Counted from the stretch's first letter, positions 1-12,531 are shown. The stretch is 64,000 bases of DNA from an uncultured Acidobacteriaceae bacterium (GCA_964242495.1 CAXSZS010000002.1:59693-123692); one strand, 5' to 3'. Numbers and translations are program-made. Notes: generated by a model from the letters alone, not told the origin.

Positions 1-285
1 AATGCGCTGGGGATGACCGGCGGGCAGCGGCTGTGGAAGGTGGAAATGCCGTTGGCCGCGAGTGTGATTTTGGCGGGGCTGCGTACAGCGACGGTGATCT
101 GTGTGGGCGTGGCGACGATTGCGGCGGCGATTGGAGCAGGCGGGTTGGGTGAACTGATCTTTCGTGGCGTGGCGAGTGTGGATAACACATTGGTGTTGGC
201 GGGGGCGATTCCGGCGGCGTTGCTGGCGTTGGCTGCGGATGGATTGTTGGGGTTGGCGGAAAAGCAATTGGCGGTGCGGCGGTGA
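1..285 (+). CDS. ABC transporter permease, C-terminal fragment (osmoprotectant/glycine-betaine type); 5' end outside window
   Basis: Frame open from base 1 to stop at 283-285. Hydrophobic permease-like tail (LRTATVICVGVATIAAAIGAGGLGELIFRG) sits directly upstream of a matching substrate-binding gene. Confidence 0.6.
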   Translation, partial: NALGMTGGQRLWKVEMPLAASVILAGLRTATVICVGVATIAAAIGAGGLGELIFRGVASVDNTLVLAGAIPAALLALAADGLLGLAEKQLAVRR

Positions 286-366
286 GGCATAGGGCAACCG
301 GCTTTGGCTTTCCCGGCGCCGGTTGGCGGGGGTGGTGTTGAGAGGCGAGGATCGAGGTGATGAGGC

Positions 367-1260
367 GTGAGGCGCGTGTTCGCCGCTTTGTGTGCAGGAT
401 GCTTGCTTCTCGCGACCGCGTGTGCACCACCGCGATCGTCGCATGTGGTTATTGGGGCGAAGAACTTTACCGAGCAGGTGGTCTTGGGCGAGTTGCTGGC
501 GCAGGAGATCGAGGCCGAGGGCGGTGGACCGGTGGAGCGGCGGTTTTGGCTGGCGGGCAGCTATCTTTGCCAGCAGGCGCTGGTGTCGGGGCGGATCGAC
601 GGGTATGTGGAATATACGGGCACCGCGTTGACGGCGATTCTGAAGCAGCCGCTGCCGCCACCGGGGCAGCGCGAGGCGGCAGCGATCCAAGCGACGGTCG
701 CACGGCTTTATGCGCAGCGGTACGGGGTGCAGACTGGGCCGGGGCTGGGCTTTGAGGACAGCTTTGCGATGGTCGTGCGTGGCGACGATGCGCGCCGACT
801 GGGCTTGCGGACGATCAGCGATGCCGCGAAGCTCGCGCCGGGGTGGCGGCTGGGTGTGGGTTATGAGTTTGCCGAGCGGCCGGACGGGTTGCCGGGGCTG
901 GCGGCGGCGTATGGGTTGCGGTTCGCGGGGTCGCCGCGCACGATGGAGCTTGGATTGCTGTACCGCTCGCTCGCGGCGCATCAGGTGGACATCGTGGCAG
1001 GGAACTCGACCGATGGGGCCATTCAGGCGCTGGGGTTTGTTGTGCTGGGGGATGACCGGCACTACTTTCCGCCGTATGAGGCGGTGCCGTTGGTCCGGGA
1101 TGAGGCATTGGCGCGATGGCCCGCAATCGTCCGGGCAGAGGCACGGCTGGCGGGCAGGATCGATGCGGACGAGATGCGGGCGATGAACCTCGCGGTGGAT
1201 GGCAGGCATGAGGACCCGGCGGAGGTGGTGCGAGCGTTTCGGGGTCGGAAGGGGCTCTGA
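367..1260 (+). CDS. Osmoprotectant (glycine betaine/choline-type) ABC transporter substrate-binding protein, probable lipoprotein
   Basis: 297 aa with GTG start. N-terminal signal with Cys (LLLATAC). IGAKNFTEQVVLGELLAQ..., GYVEYTGTAL and GNSTDG motifs are typical of OpuBC/OpuCC-like binding proteins. Confidence 0.75.
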   Translation: MRRVFAALCAGCLLLATACAPPRSSHVVIGAKNFTEQVVLGELLAQEIEAEGGGPVERRFWLAGSYLCQQALVSGRIDGYVEYTGTALTAILKQPLPPPGQREAAAIQATVARLYAQRYGVQTGPGLGFEDSFAMVVRGDDARRLGLRTISDAAKLAPGWRLGVGYEFAERPDGLPGLAAAYGLRFAGSPRTMELGLLYRSLAAHQVDIVAGNSTDGAIQALGFVVLGDDRHYFPPYEAVPLVRDEALARWPAIVRAEARLAGRIDADEMRAMNLAVDGRHEDPAEVVRAFRGRKGL

Positions 1261-1267
1261 GGCGGTG

Positions 1268-1330
1268 TAGGTTCTAGGTTGTACGTTCTAGGTTGTTAGT
1301 TGTTCGTAGTTCGTTGTTCTTGCTCGTTCG
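1268..1330 (+). repeat. Heptanucleotide-periodic GTTC tract (copy 1)
   Basis: gttctag|gttgtac|gttctag|gttgtta|gttgttc|gtagttc|gttgttc. Shares a 22/23 nt block (ggttgtacgttctaSgttgttag) with the tract at 26003-26070. Confidence 0.7.
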
Positions 1331-1345
1331 GGAGGCACATGGTTT

Positions 1346-1843
1346 ATGGGTGGGGGTGAGCCTTGGATGCGGGGGACGCATGGGGAGCTTGATCCGCTGC
1401 GGCGCGGCGTAGTGCATGCGCTGGAACTCGCCGGGGAGGACGCGGAGCGGTGGTGTGCTGCTTTGGAAGAGGCTGCGTTGTTTGCGCGGCCGGCCGGGCT
1501 GCCTCCGGTAGCGTTTCATCTGCGGCATATCGTGCGTTCGTTAGACCGGTTGCTGACGTATGCGGAGGATCGGCAATTGAACGTCGCGCAGCTTGCGGCT
1601 CTTGGGACGGAGACGATGGAGGGCCCCGCTGCGGAGGTATGGCGAGAGTTTCGGGTGGGGCTGGTGCGAGCAATGGAGCGTGTCGCAGCGTTTGAACCCA
1701 CCAGCTATGCGGAAACGCGAGGCATTGGGCGCGAGCGGCTGCCGACGACTGTGGGTGGGCTGCTGATCCACTGCGCGGAGCACACGCAGCGGCATGCCGG
1801 GCAGATGGTGACGACGGCGAAAGTTGTACGCGATCTAAGGTAA
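1346..1843 (+). CDS. DinB-family (DinB_2-like) protein
   Basis: 165 aa. Four-helix DinB-like pattern with conserved His residues (FHLRH..., HCAEHTQRHAGQ). Start codon uncertain; M at 1367 is an alternative. Confidence 0.65.
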   Translation: MGGGEPWMRGTHGELDPLRRGVVHALELAGEDAERWCAALEEAALFARPAGLPPVAFHLRHIVRSLDRLLTYAEDRQLNVAQLAALGTETMEGPAAEVWREFRVGLVRAMERVAAFEPTSYAETRGIGRERLPTTVGGLLIHCAEHTQRHAGQMVTTAKVVRDLR

Positions 1844-1914
1844 GGGCCCTAAGTGACTTACCTTATAGGGGGATGTGAACAGAATGAGCTTGCCGTCTCG
1901 AGGCATCGATAGAA

Positions 1915-2001
1915 CGGGCTTTCAGCCCTGTGTCGATCCTTGCGACCGTACCTAGGCCTTGCGGCCTAGGTACGGTATAGGACGCGCCGTTGGCGCTTAG
2001 C
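1915..2001 (+). repeat. Three-hairpin interspersed repeat, copy F1
   Basis: GGGCTttcAGCCC ... ACCTAGGCCttgcGGCCTAGGT ... GCGCCgttGGCGC. Same architecture at 30477-30563 and 51639-51766. Confidence 0.8.
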
Positions 2002-2123
2002 ATATCGGCGTTGCGTTTGGAGTGTCGGCATCGAACGACGCTAATCATGAGCAGCGATCCAGGGATCGATCCAGTTCCGGTCGCATTAACACATGTCGGC
2101 TAACCACGCGGTATTCGAGTAGC

Positions 2124-2741
2124 TTAGCTGACCAGATGGCCCAGCTTTTCGCGCTTCGTTTCCAGGTAGCGTTCGAAGGTGGGCTCGGAGGGGATCGTGG
2201 CGCTGATGCGCTCGATGACTCGGATGCCGACGTCTTCGAGCGCGGCTACTTTTTCAGGGTTGTTGGTGATGAGGCGCACGGTGGGGATGCCGAGATGCTT
2301 CAGGATGGCGCCCGGTACTTCGAAGCTGCGCAGGTCAGTGGCAAAGCCAAGATCATGGTTGGCCTCGACTGTATCGCGGCCCGTGTCCTGGAGCTCGTAG
2401 GCGCGCAGCTTGGCCATTAGGCCGATGCCGCGGCCTTCCTGCTGCTCGTAGAGCAGGATACCGGCACCCTCGTCGGCTATGCGGCGCAGGGCAAGGTGCA
2501 GCTGGTCGTGACAGTCGCAACGGAGGGAGTGAAAGACGTCGCCGGTGAGGCACTGCGAGTGGATGCGCACGACCGGTGGTGCGTTGTGGAGGTCGCCCAT
2601 CACCAGGGCCACCGCGGATTCGAGCGAAGGCCGCGTAGCGTTGCCGGGCTCCGGGATGCCTTCAAAGCCAAGAATGCGGAAGTGTCCCCAACGGGTGGGA
2701 AAATCGGCATCGGCGATCTTTGCGAGGCTGACAAGCGGCAT
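2124..2741 (-). CDS. ribA: GTP cyclohydrolase II
   Basis: ATG at 2741 starts MPLVSLAKI.... RIHSQCLTGDVFHSLRCDCHDQL and EGRGIGL motifs match RibA. The 137 codons upstream in the 342-aa track ORF look non-coding. Confidence 0.85.
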   Translation of the reverse strand: MPLVSLAKIADADFPTRWGHFRILGFEGIPEPGNATRPSLESAVALVMGDLHNAPPVVRIHSQCLTGDVFHSLRCDCHDQLHLALRRIADEGAGILLYEQQEGRGIGLMAKLRAYELQDTGRDTVEANHDLGFATDLRSFEVPGAILKHLGIPTVRLITNNPEKVAALEDVGIRVIERISATIPSEPTFERYLETKREKLGHLVS

Positions 2742-2871
2742 AGCTTCACTATAGATTCCTCGGTCTGGCGAAGGATGCGCGTACCCGGTTGGGTACGTTG
2801 GAGTTTTGTTCAGGTGTGCGGGTCGAGGGATTGCGCGGTGAGGAGACAGTCGTCGCGCGTAGAGTGGAAAC

Positions 2872-5747
<2,876 letters not shown>

Positions 5748-5751
5748 ATCG

Positions 5752-7365
5752 ATGTCGCAGCGTCGCGGCGGCCCTGTGCTGCTTACAGTTCTGGATGGTT
5801 GGGGCTACCGTGCGGAGACGCGCGGCAATGCCATTGCACTGGCGCGTAAGCCTGTATATGACAAGCTGCTGCGGGAGTATCCGAACACGCTGATCCGGGC
5901 GAGCGAGCACTTCGTCGGGCTGCCCGATGGACAGATGGGCAACTCCGAGGTGGGGCATCTGAATTTGGGCGCGGGCAGAGTGGTGCGCATGGACATTTCT
6001 CGCATCGATGAGGCCATTGCTTCGGGGATCTTCTTTGAAGACCCGACGATTGTGCGGGCGATGGATGCGGCGGCGCAGGATGGGCAGGCTTTGCACCTGA
6101 TCGGTTTGCTTTCCGATGGCGGTGTGCATTCGCATCAGCGGCACCTGTATGCGCTGTTGAAGATGGCGGCGAGGCGTGGGTTGCCGCGGGTGTATGTGCA
6201 TGCATTTCTGGATGGCCGCGACACGTTGCCGACCTCGGGTGCGGGCTATCTGGAGGCGTTGCAGGCCAGGTTTGCGGAGTACGGCGTTGGGCAGCTGGCG
6301 AGTGTGAGTGGCCGTTACTTTGCGATGGATCGCGACCTGCGTTGGGAGCGCGAGGCGAAAGCGTTCAACGCGATGGTGAAGGGTCGTGCCGAGGGTGGAG
6401 CGTATCTCCATACCGTGGCGCGGGTGCGCGAGAGCTACAGCAATGGCGTGACGGATGAGTTCATCGAACCGTTTGTTTGCATAGACGCTCTAGGTGAGCC
6501 GGTGGCACGGATTGCGGATCGCGATGCGGTGATCTGTTTCAATTATCGCGCGGACCGGGTGCGGCAGATTACAAGGGTGTTGGCACGGCGCAGCGGGCTG
6601 ACAAAAAATGGCGGGATCGATCTGCCCAAAGCTGCCGAATTGGAGTTGGACATCCCGCGTGCGGAGGTGCCCGAGGATTTGCACTTCGTCACGATGACGC
6701 AGTATGACAAAAACTTCGCGCTGCCAAGGATCGTGCCGCCGGAGAGCATGGACAACCTGCTGGCAAACGTGATGGCCAAGCAGGAGATGCGCAATCTGCG
6801 CGTCGCGGAGACGGAAAAGTATGCGCATGTAACGTATTTTTTTAATGGCGGGATCGAGAAGCCGTTCGCGGGAGAAGACCGTGAATTGGTGCAATCGAAG
6901 AAGGTCGCAACGTATGACCTTGCGCCGGAGATGTCGGCTGCGGGCATTGGCGACATCGTTGAGCGGACGTTAGGTGATCGAGCCTTTGATGTCGTGATTG
7001 TGAACTTTGCAAATGCCGATATGGTGGGTCATTCGGGCAAGATCGAGCCGACGGTAAAGGCCGTGGAGGCGGTAGATGCGCAGCTCGGACGCATCTACAC
7101 CGCGGTGCGCGCCGCCGGAGCACAGTGGATGATCACGGCCGATCATGGCAACGCGGAGATGTTGATTGACCCGGTAAGTGGCGGCCCGCACACGGCACAC
7201 ACGACCAATCCGGTGCCGTTTGTGCTGGTGACGGAGCATGGCAGGAACGTGGGGCTGCGTGAAGGCGGATCGTTACGGGACATATCACCGACCATTCTTG
7301 GGCTGCTGGATCTGGAGCTGCCGCGGGAGATGACTGGCGGCGACCTGCGAAATGCGCTTGAGTAG
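5752..7365 (+). CDS. gpmI: 2,3-bisphosphoglycerate-independent phosphoglycerate mutase
   Basis: 537 aa. [45 protein letters not shown] and ITADHGNAE motifs. Starts 4 nt after eno. Confidence 0.95.
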   Translation: MSQRRGGPVLLTVLDGWGYRAETRGNAIALARKPVYDKLLREYPNTLIRASEHFVGLPDGQMGNSEVGHLNLGAGRVVRMDISRIDEAIASGIFFEDPTIVRAMDAAAQDGQALHLIGLLSDGGVHSHQRHLYALLKMAARRGLPRVYVHAFLDGRDTLPTSGAGYLEALQARFAEYGVGQLASVSGRYFAMDRDLRWEREAKAFNAMVKGRAEGGAYLHTVARVRESYSNGVTDEFIEPFVCIDALGEPVARIADRDAVICFNYRADRVRQITRVLARRSGLTKNGGIDLPKAAELELDIPRAEVPEDLHFVTMTQYDKNFALPRIVPPESMDNLLANVMAKQEMRNLRVAETEKYAHVTYFFNGGIEKPFAGEDRELVQSKKVATYDLAPEMSAAGIGDIVERTLGDRAFDVVIVNFANADMVGHSGKIEPTVKAVEAVDAQLGRIYTAVRAAGAQWMITADHGNAEMLIDPVSGGPHTAHTTNPVPFVLVTEHGRNVGLREGGSLRDISPTILGLLDLELPREMTGGDLRNALE

Positions 7366-7449
7366 AGCGTCGAAGTGAGTCTGCCTTCATGGAGCACCGG
7401 CAGCCTCGTGACGCGCCAGTAGGTCCGTCCTCTTAGGCCCGAGTAGCGC

Positions 7450-8052
7450 TCAAAGGGCGCGCCGATTTTCAAGAGCTCGCGTCATAGTGACTTCGTCGGC
7501 GTATTCAATGTCGGAACCTGCGGGAACGCCGGTGGCGATGCGGGTCACGGGTAGATCGGCCTGTTTTGCGTGCACCTCGTTTGCGAGATAACGTGCAGTC
7601 GCTTCGCCCTCGACAGTGGGTGAGGTGGCGAGGATGAGCTCTTCGGCAAGTTCGAGGCGAGGCCACAGGTTGCCGAGCCGCAGCTGCTCGGGACCGACGC
7701 CGTTCACCGGCGAAAGCGTACCGTGCAAGACATGAAAGACACCATGCCAGGAGCGCGTCTTTTCGATGGCCGCAATGTTGGTGGGTTCTTCCACGACGCA
7801 GATGAGCCGCGTGTTGCGCGAAGGGCTGGTGCAGTACCCACATGGGTCGACATCGGTGACGTTGTTGCAGATTGAGCACAAACGCAGGGTCTGCTTGAGG
7901 GTGTGAATGCTTTCCGCAAGGGCGTTCGCGTCGTGGTCGGAGGAGCGCAGGATGTGGAAGGCGAAACGCTGCGCGGTTTTGGTGCCCACGCCGGGAAGCT
8001 TGCGAAGCTCGTCAATGAGGCGCGTCATCGGCGCGGCGTAGCGGGTGGACAT
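7450..8052 (-). CDS. recR: Recombination protein RecR
   Basis: ATG at 8052 starts MSTRYAAPMTRLIDELRKLPGVGTKTAQRFAFHIL. C4 zinc finger (CSICNN...CGYC) and Toprim segment present. Confidence 0.95.
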   Translation of the reverse strand: MSTRYAAPMTRLIDELRKLPGVGTKTAQRFAFHILRSSDHDANALAESIHTLKQTLRLCSICNNVTDVDPCGYCTSPSRNTRLICVVEEPTNIAAIEKTRSWHGVFHVLHGTLSPVNGVGPEQLRLGNLWPRLELAEELILATSPTVEGEATARYLANEVHAKQADLPVTRIATGVPAGSDIEYADEVTMTRALENRRAL

Positions 8053-8057
8053 GGGAA

Positions 8058-8085
8058 GTTGTTCGTTCTCGGTTGTTCGTTGTTG
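8058..8085 (+). repeat. Heptanucleotide-periodic GTTC tract (copy 2)
   Basis: gttgttc|gttctcg|gttgttc|gttgttg. On the recR strand it reads CAACAACGAACAACCGAGAACGAACAAC, ending 5 nt before the recR ATG. No Shine-Dalgarno is visible. Confidence 0.6.
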
Positions 8086-8158
8086 GGACTGGCGCGGTGG
8101 ATGGTTGGCTAACATTGCGGACGGACCGAGGGTTGGCCGCAAGCAAACGGCTCGCAAT

Positions 8159-8200
8159 TAAGAACTAACCACTGAGAACCAAAAACTGCGAAGCTAGAAC
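8159..8200 (-). repeat. Heptanucleotide-periodic GTTC tract (copy 3, inverted relative to copy 2)
   Basis: The + strand reads agaacta|accactg|agaacca|aaaactg|cgaagct|agaaccc. Lies at the ybaB stop codon, at the other end of the 141-nt ybaB-recR spacer. Confidence 0.5.
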
Positions 8201-8505
8201 CCTGGAAGCCCAAGGCCGCCAAGCATGTCGCCGGCGCTGGCCTGGGCGGCTTCGTCGGCTTTGCGGCTGGCTTCATTGACGGCGGCAATGATGAGATCCT
8301 CAAGCATGGTGATGTCGCCGGCGGCGGCCGACGCTGCGGCGGGTGTGATGTCAAGTTTGAGTAGTTCTTTGCGACCGTTCATGCGCACGTTCACCGCGCC
8401 GCCGCCCGAGGAGGCTTCGACGATAGTTTGCCCTAGCTGCTCCTCCATGTTTTCGCGCATGGCGTTGGCTTGGGCGAGCATTTCATTCATCTGGCTGAGG
8501 TCCAT
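8194..8505 (-). CDS. ybaB: Nucleoid-associated protein YbaB/EbfC
   Basis: 103 aa. MNEMLAQANAMRENMEEQL...GGGAVNVRMNGRKELL fits the YbaB family. Classic position between dnaX and recR. Confidence 0.9.
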   Translation of the reverse strand: MDLSQMNEMLAQANAMRENMEEQLGQTIVEASSGGGAVNVRMNGRKELLKLDITPAAASAAAGDITMLEDLIIAAVNEASRKADEAAQASAGDMLGGLGLPGF

Positions 8506-8600
8506 GGCTATGTCCTTCGGAGTTCAGGGATCAGGTTTGAGGGGATGTGTTGGGGTTTGCGGGATGAGGGTTTCAGGGCCGAGGTGAGATGAGTTTGGGA

Positions 8601-10508
8601 CTACTCTTTTGCGCGAAGATCGATGACATTGGAGATCTCGGCAGAGAAGAGGCGTTTTGCTTCCTGCACCATGGGATGCCTTTCGGCGAGTTCGGTGGCA
8701 CTGCCGGCGAGGGCAACTCGGGCTTTTTGGATCTTTGCAGTACCTGTGGCCGCCGGCGTGCCGGGAAGGAGCTTGACCCGCAGCGCGCCGGCGCCGTTGT
8801 CGCGCAAGGCGGCTTTCAGCAGGCGGTCCGCGTCGGCATTAAATACGATCGGGAGCATGGTTTTGGAGATGGTTGTCTGGATTTCGAGGGTATCTTCGGT
8901 AAGGGTCCAAACGGCATCTTCGAGCTGTTCGGCTGCAGAGGTTTGACCTTTTGTGGCCTGAAGGGCAGTGACGGCGGCGGCCTGGAGCGCGGCGACGTCC
9001 TTTCCGTCGTAGGGATGGATATGGGCTGCCGGTGCGGGAGACGTGTCGGGGCTGGCTGCTGCCGGCGTGGCGACGGGAGGCGGAAGCGTGGGCTCGATGC
9101 GGTGTTGTGTCTCTGACTGCCGGCTGGGGTCCAGTGGCTTGGATGTTGCTGTGTATGTCGGTTCAGCTGCAGGCGATTGGGCGACAGAGGGGATTGTCGG
9201 CACCGGTTTGATTAGGGTGTCGGCGATAGCCGGTCGCGCTTGCGGTGGTGCGGGTCCGACTGGAGGTCGGCTGCTTGCCGGCGGCGGCGCGAGTTTAGGC
9301 GCGGACTTTGGGGGGGAAACGACGCCAAGCTGGCTGAGTAATGCTTCGACCGGCACGAGGCGTTGCATGTGGACGAGCTTGAGGAGGCCGAGCTCGAGAT
9401 GCAGACGCGGTTCTTGCCGGTAGCCGAGATCGTCAAAGGTGCGCAGCAGGATCGAAAGGAAGCGGGACAACTCTTCTTCGGAAAAGTTTTGAGCAGAGCG
9501 TGCGGCGCGGCGGCGTTCTTCGACGGAGATCTGCAGCAGCTCCGCGGCGACACCGGTCGCTTCGGCTTCGGGATGGAGCTGGGTGATCTTAGCCACGATG
9601 CAGTTGCGTAGAAAGCGGACAAACTGACGGGCGATGGGCTGGGCGCCGTTGCCGGCGTCGAGCAGGGTGCCGAGGGTGTGGAGCACGGCGGCGGAGTCGT
9701 TGGCGTGGACGGCGGCGAGGATCTCCTCGAAGACGACGTTCGAGACGGCACCCATGAGTTGGCGTACTTCGGCCAGGTCGACGTGGGCGTGGCCGTTCTC
9801 CTGCGGCGCGGAGGCGATGGCCTGGTCCATGATGGAGAGGGCGTCGCGCATGGAGCCGTCGCCGGCTTCGGCGAGCAGGCCGAGCGTGGCGTTGTCGACG
9901 TCAATGTGCTCGGCTAGGGAAATTGTGCGGAGCTGGCCGACGATGTCGTCGAGCTTTACCGCATGGAAGCTGAAGTGCTGGCAGCGCGAGCGAATGGTCT
10001 GTGGGATGTCCTCGGGCTGCGTGGTGGCCATCATGAAGACGATGTGCTCGGGCGGCTCTTCGAGGGTCTTGAGCAGGGCGTTGAAGGCGGCATCGGTGAT
10101 CTGGTGCGCCTCGTCGAGCAGGATGATTTTGAAGCGGTCGCGCGCGGGGCGGTAGCGGGCGGCGTCGCGGAGTTCGCGGATTTCGTCGATGCCGCGGTTG
10201 GTGGCGGCGTCGATTTCGAGCATGTCGACGGCGTTGCCGGCGCGAATTTCCGTGCAGGAGTTGCAGGTAAGGCAGGGCTCCGGGGAAGGACGTTCGGGGG
10301 TGCCGATCGTGCGTTCGCAGTTGAGGGCAGAGGCCAGGATGCGGGCGATGGTGGTTTTGCCGATGCCGCGGTGGCCGGAGAAGATATAGCCGTGCGCGAT
10401 GCGGTCTTGGGCAAGCGCGTTGAGCAGCGTGCGCGTGACGTGGTCCTGGCCGACGACGTCGGCGAAGCGCAGCGGGCGGTACTTGCGGGCTAGGACCTGG
10501 TAAGCCAT
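8601..10508 (-). CDS. dnaX: DNA polymerase III subunits gamma/tau
   Basis: 635 aa. YRPLRFADVVGQDHV, Walker A GHRGIGKTT, zinc module (CLTCNSC), DEAH box, then a Pro/Ala-rich tau linker. Confidence 0.95.
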   Translation of the reverse strand: MAYQVLARKYRPLRFADVVGQDHVTRTLLNALAQDRIAHGYIFSGHRGIGKTTIARILASALNCERTIGTPERPSPEPCLTCNSCTEIRAGNAVDMLEIDAATNRGIDEIRELRDAARYRPARDRFKIILLDEAHQITDAAFNALLKTLEEPPEHIVFMMATTQPEDIPQTIRSRCQHFSFHAVKLDDIVGQLRTISLAEHIDVDNATLGLLAEAGDGSMRDALSIMDQAIASAPQENGHAHVDLAEVRQLMGAVSNVVFEEILAAVHANDSAAVLHTLGTLLDAGNGAQPIARQFVRFLRNCIVAKITQLHPEAEATGVAAELLQISVEERRRAARSAQNFSEEELSRFLSILLRTFDDLGYRQEPRLHLELGLLKLVHMQRLVPVEALLSQLGVVSPPKSAPKLAPPPASSRPPVGPAPPQARPAIADTLIKPVPTIPSVAQSPAAEPTYTATSKPLDPSRQSETQHRIEPTLPPPVATPAAASPDTSPAPAAHIHPYDGKDVAALQAAAVTALQATKGQTSAAEQLEDAVWTLTEDTLEIQTTISKTMLPIVFNADADRLLKAALRDNGAGALRVKLLPGTPAATGTAKIQKARVALAGSATELAERHPMVQEAKRLFSAEISNVIDLRAKE

Positions 10509-10720
10509 CGGGCAAGTTTCATTCTACTGCCCGTCCGGTGCGGGTTTTTGGGTGCTCCTCCCTCCCCGGACTGAAATCTGTAAAGTCTTCAGACGGAGGG
10601 CGTTAGGTCCGGACTTCAAGGATAGAAGTCCGAAGGCTCCGGGGGCGGGACTCTTTCAGGTGTAGGAAGATTTTACAGGCGCGTGTTTCTTTGGTGTGCA
10701 TGCCGGCGTAGGCTGAGACC

Positions 10721-11188
10721 ATGCTGAAGCGCCGATACGTTTTTTTGATCCTTGCCGTGTTTCTGCTGGCCTTCCCCGTGCTGTTGGCGCAAAGCACGAA
10801 GCCGAACTTTTCCGGGACCTGGAAGAAAGACAATGCGCACAGCACGCCCGCTCGCCCGGGCGAGGTGACGATGCGGATCGAGCACCATGACCCCGAACTG
10901 ATTGTGAACCTAACGATCACCCGTCCGTCGGCGCCGGAGCAGCATGTGCAGCAGAGGTACACCACCGATGGTAAGGAGTCGGTTTCGACGGGAGCGGACG
11001 GGGACAGCTACCACACGAAGGTGGTGTGGCGGGACGGGGCGCTTGTTTTCACGATTGTCGAACATGAGGACGACAACCTGATCAACTCGCTTGAGGTTTG
11101 GTCGGTAAGTCCCGATGGAGGAACATTAACCCGCGTGCGGCGCGGGGAGAGTGGCGAGCAGACGATTGTGTACGTGAGGCAGCGGTGA
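10721..11188 (+). CDS. Hypothetical exported protein (signal peptide, beta-rich)
   Basis: 155 aa. Signal MLKRRYVFLILAVFLLAFPVLLAQS. No motif recognised. Confidence 0.55.
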   Translation: MLKRRYVFLILAVFLLAFPVLLAQSTKPNFSGTWKKDNAHSTPARPGEVTMRIEHHDPELIVNLTITRPSAPEQHVQQRYTTDGKESVSTGADGDSYHTKVVWRDGALVFTIVEHEDDNLINSLEVWSVSPDGGTLTRVRRGESGEQTIVYVRQR

Positions 11189-11209
11189 GATTCGAATTGT
11201 GTTCTGTTA

Positions 11210-11242
11210 CTGAGGCGCGTGCCTTGATGGCGCTTCGGTGCC
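11210..11242 (+). repeat. About 30-nt post-stop repeat (copy 1)
   Basis: ctgaggcgcgtgccttgatggcgcttcggtgcc. Close match to 32458-32486 (ctgaggggcggcgcttgatggcgcttggt). Both lie shortly after + strand stop codons. Confidence 0.55.
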
Positions 11243-11243
11243 A

Positions 11244-11278
11244 CCCCACCCTTTGCGGTTAAGCTGCAAAGGGCGGGG
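11244..11278. terminator. Strong hairpin between convergent genes (terminator-like, no U tract)
   Basis: CCCCACCCTTTGC-ggttaagct-GCAAAGGGCGGGG pairs 12 of 13 bp. Sits between the 3' ends of 10721-11188 (+) and 11318-11803 (-). Confidence 0.4.
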
Positions 11279-11317
11279 CACCCGCCTCAAGACAAACAGG
11301 ATTGGCGTGAACACATT

Positions 11318-11803
11318 TCAGCCTTGGCTGATGTCGACACGTAAACCAGCCTCACCTAATTCTCGGATGAAATCGCCGATTTGATCTGTGCCCTGAAAGT
11401 CGTCGTCCGTCACCATAACGAGTGGTTTTGAAATCGGCAGAGCTTTCGTGCTTAGCTTGAAGACAAGCTCCCCAAGAAATACAGCAATTCCTTGCTGTTG
11501 TTCAATTCCTAGTGGTCGCACATCGTATGTGACTTCTGTGTCTGTTGCCGTCCTAATTGCTTGCTCCTTGAAGCGCTCAGAGGTCATCGGCACTTCATAG
11601 CGCGGTTTAGAAGCGATGTATCTTGCCCAGTGGCTTACGTCATTCACGACAAAGCTAAGCAGTAATTTGTTATTTCCGAAGCCACCCTCAGAGCGCTCTA
11701 GCTTCTGTACCGTCACATCAAAGTTGCCGCCCAGCTCATCTGATAGTGCTTTGCTCAAACCAGAGGAGAGGGCGGCAAGGCTCAGGTCATTTATTTGCTT
11801 CAT
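11318..11803 (-). CDS. Hypothetical protein in a low-GC islet (orphan)
   Basis: 161 aa. GAGG lies 5-6 nt upstream of the ATG. By eye the DNA is about 45-50% GC against much richer flanks. No domain recognised. Confidence 0.5.
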   Translation of the reverse strand: MKQINDLSLAALSSGLSKALSDELGGNFDVTVQKLERSEGGFGNNKLLLSFVVNDVSHWARYIASKPRYEVPMTSERFKEQAIRTATDTEVTYDVRPLGIEQQQGIAVFLGELVFKLSTKALPISKPLVMVTDDDFQGTDQIGDFIRELGEAGLRVDISQG

Positions 11804-12051
11804 GAAGCCTCACTGTCGAATCCATCGTACTGAGTCGGCTGTGACGCGACAATGAGGAAAATCGGGCCAATAAACGGGCGCTCATATGGAATCACCTCGC
11901 TTGTCGCCTCTAAAACATTAGTTTGACTATTCTCTCCTTCGCAGACAGACATCTCAGCCCAAAATCTCGACTACAGAAGCTCCGCTTCGACCAAACATCA
12001 GGGCAAAAGCGAACTCAGGCTTACACGCAGCATCGAGCTACAGACACTGTT

Positions 12052-12531
12052 CTACCTGCGCTTCAACAGCTTGGCGCGGCGGGCTAGTTCGGCTTCGGAG
12101 TACATGGTGCCGCGGCAGTTTTGGGTGCCGCAGTGGCAGGGGGCTTCGTCTTCCAGGTCGGAGTCGTAGAGGTGGTAGTCGTAGACGAGTTCTTCGCCGG
12201 GGGCGATGGGGCGGAGGGCGGTGATGAAGATGCGCTCGTCGCGTTCTTCGCTTTCGCAGTTGGCAAGGCAGGAATGGTTGATGAACATGGCGGTGCCGAA
12301 GCCGTCGATGACCATGTCGTCGTCGCCGAAGCCGAAGAGGTAGGTGACGGGGCGGCCGCCGTAGCGCTCGTCGGCCACGGCTTTGGGGATGCGCGGGCCG
12401 TCGTATTCGGCGATGATCTGGCCTTCGGCGATGGGGTCGAGGGTGTAGCAGCCGGCGGCGTGGATGTCGGAGGAGCGGACGAGGAGACGGGGCGGGGTGG
12501 GGCGCGGGCGGACAGCGGCGGGGCGGGGCAT
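12052..12531 (-). CDS. SET-domain protein-lysine methyltransferase-like protein
   Basis: 159 aa from ATG 12531. NHSCLANC, ELVYDY and the post-SET Cys cluster CHCGTQNCRG are present. The rest of the 584-aa track ORF is antisense or repeat read-through. Confidence 0.85.
   Translation of the reverse strand: MPRPAAVRPRPTPPRLLVRSSDIHAAGCYTLDPIAEGQIIAEYDGPRIPKAVADERYGGRPVTYLFGFGDDDMVIDGFGTAMFINHSCLANCESEERDERIFITALRPIAPGEELVYDYHLYDSDLEDEAPCHCGTQNCRGTMYSEAELARRAKLLKRR

Noticed and set aside
2742-2871. FMN riboswitch upstream of ribA
   Set aside because: The spacer is only 130 nt and is shared with the divergent kinase gene. No FMN-element core motifs were seen.
8601-10508. Programmed frameshift or slippage site for a gamma subunit in dnaX
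   Set aside because: The only A run on the coding strand is 5 nt, near the 3' end (about 8724). No A AAA AAG-type heptamer lies at the tau/gamma boundary region.
10509-10720. SRP (4.5S) RNA, expected upstream of dnaX by analogy with some bacteria
   Set aside because: The region has two hairpins and a GGUCCGGA string. It lacks the conserved domain IV sequence (…GGUCCGGAAGGAAGCAGCC…) on either strand. It is probably only 5' UTR or promoter structure.
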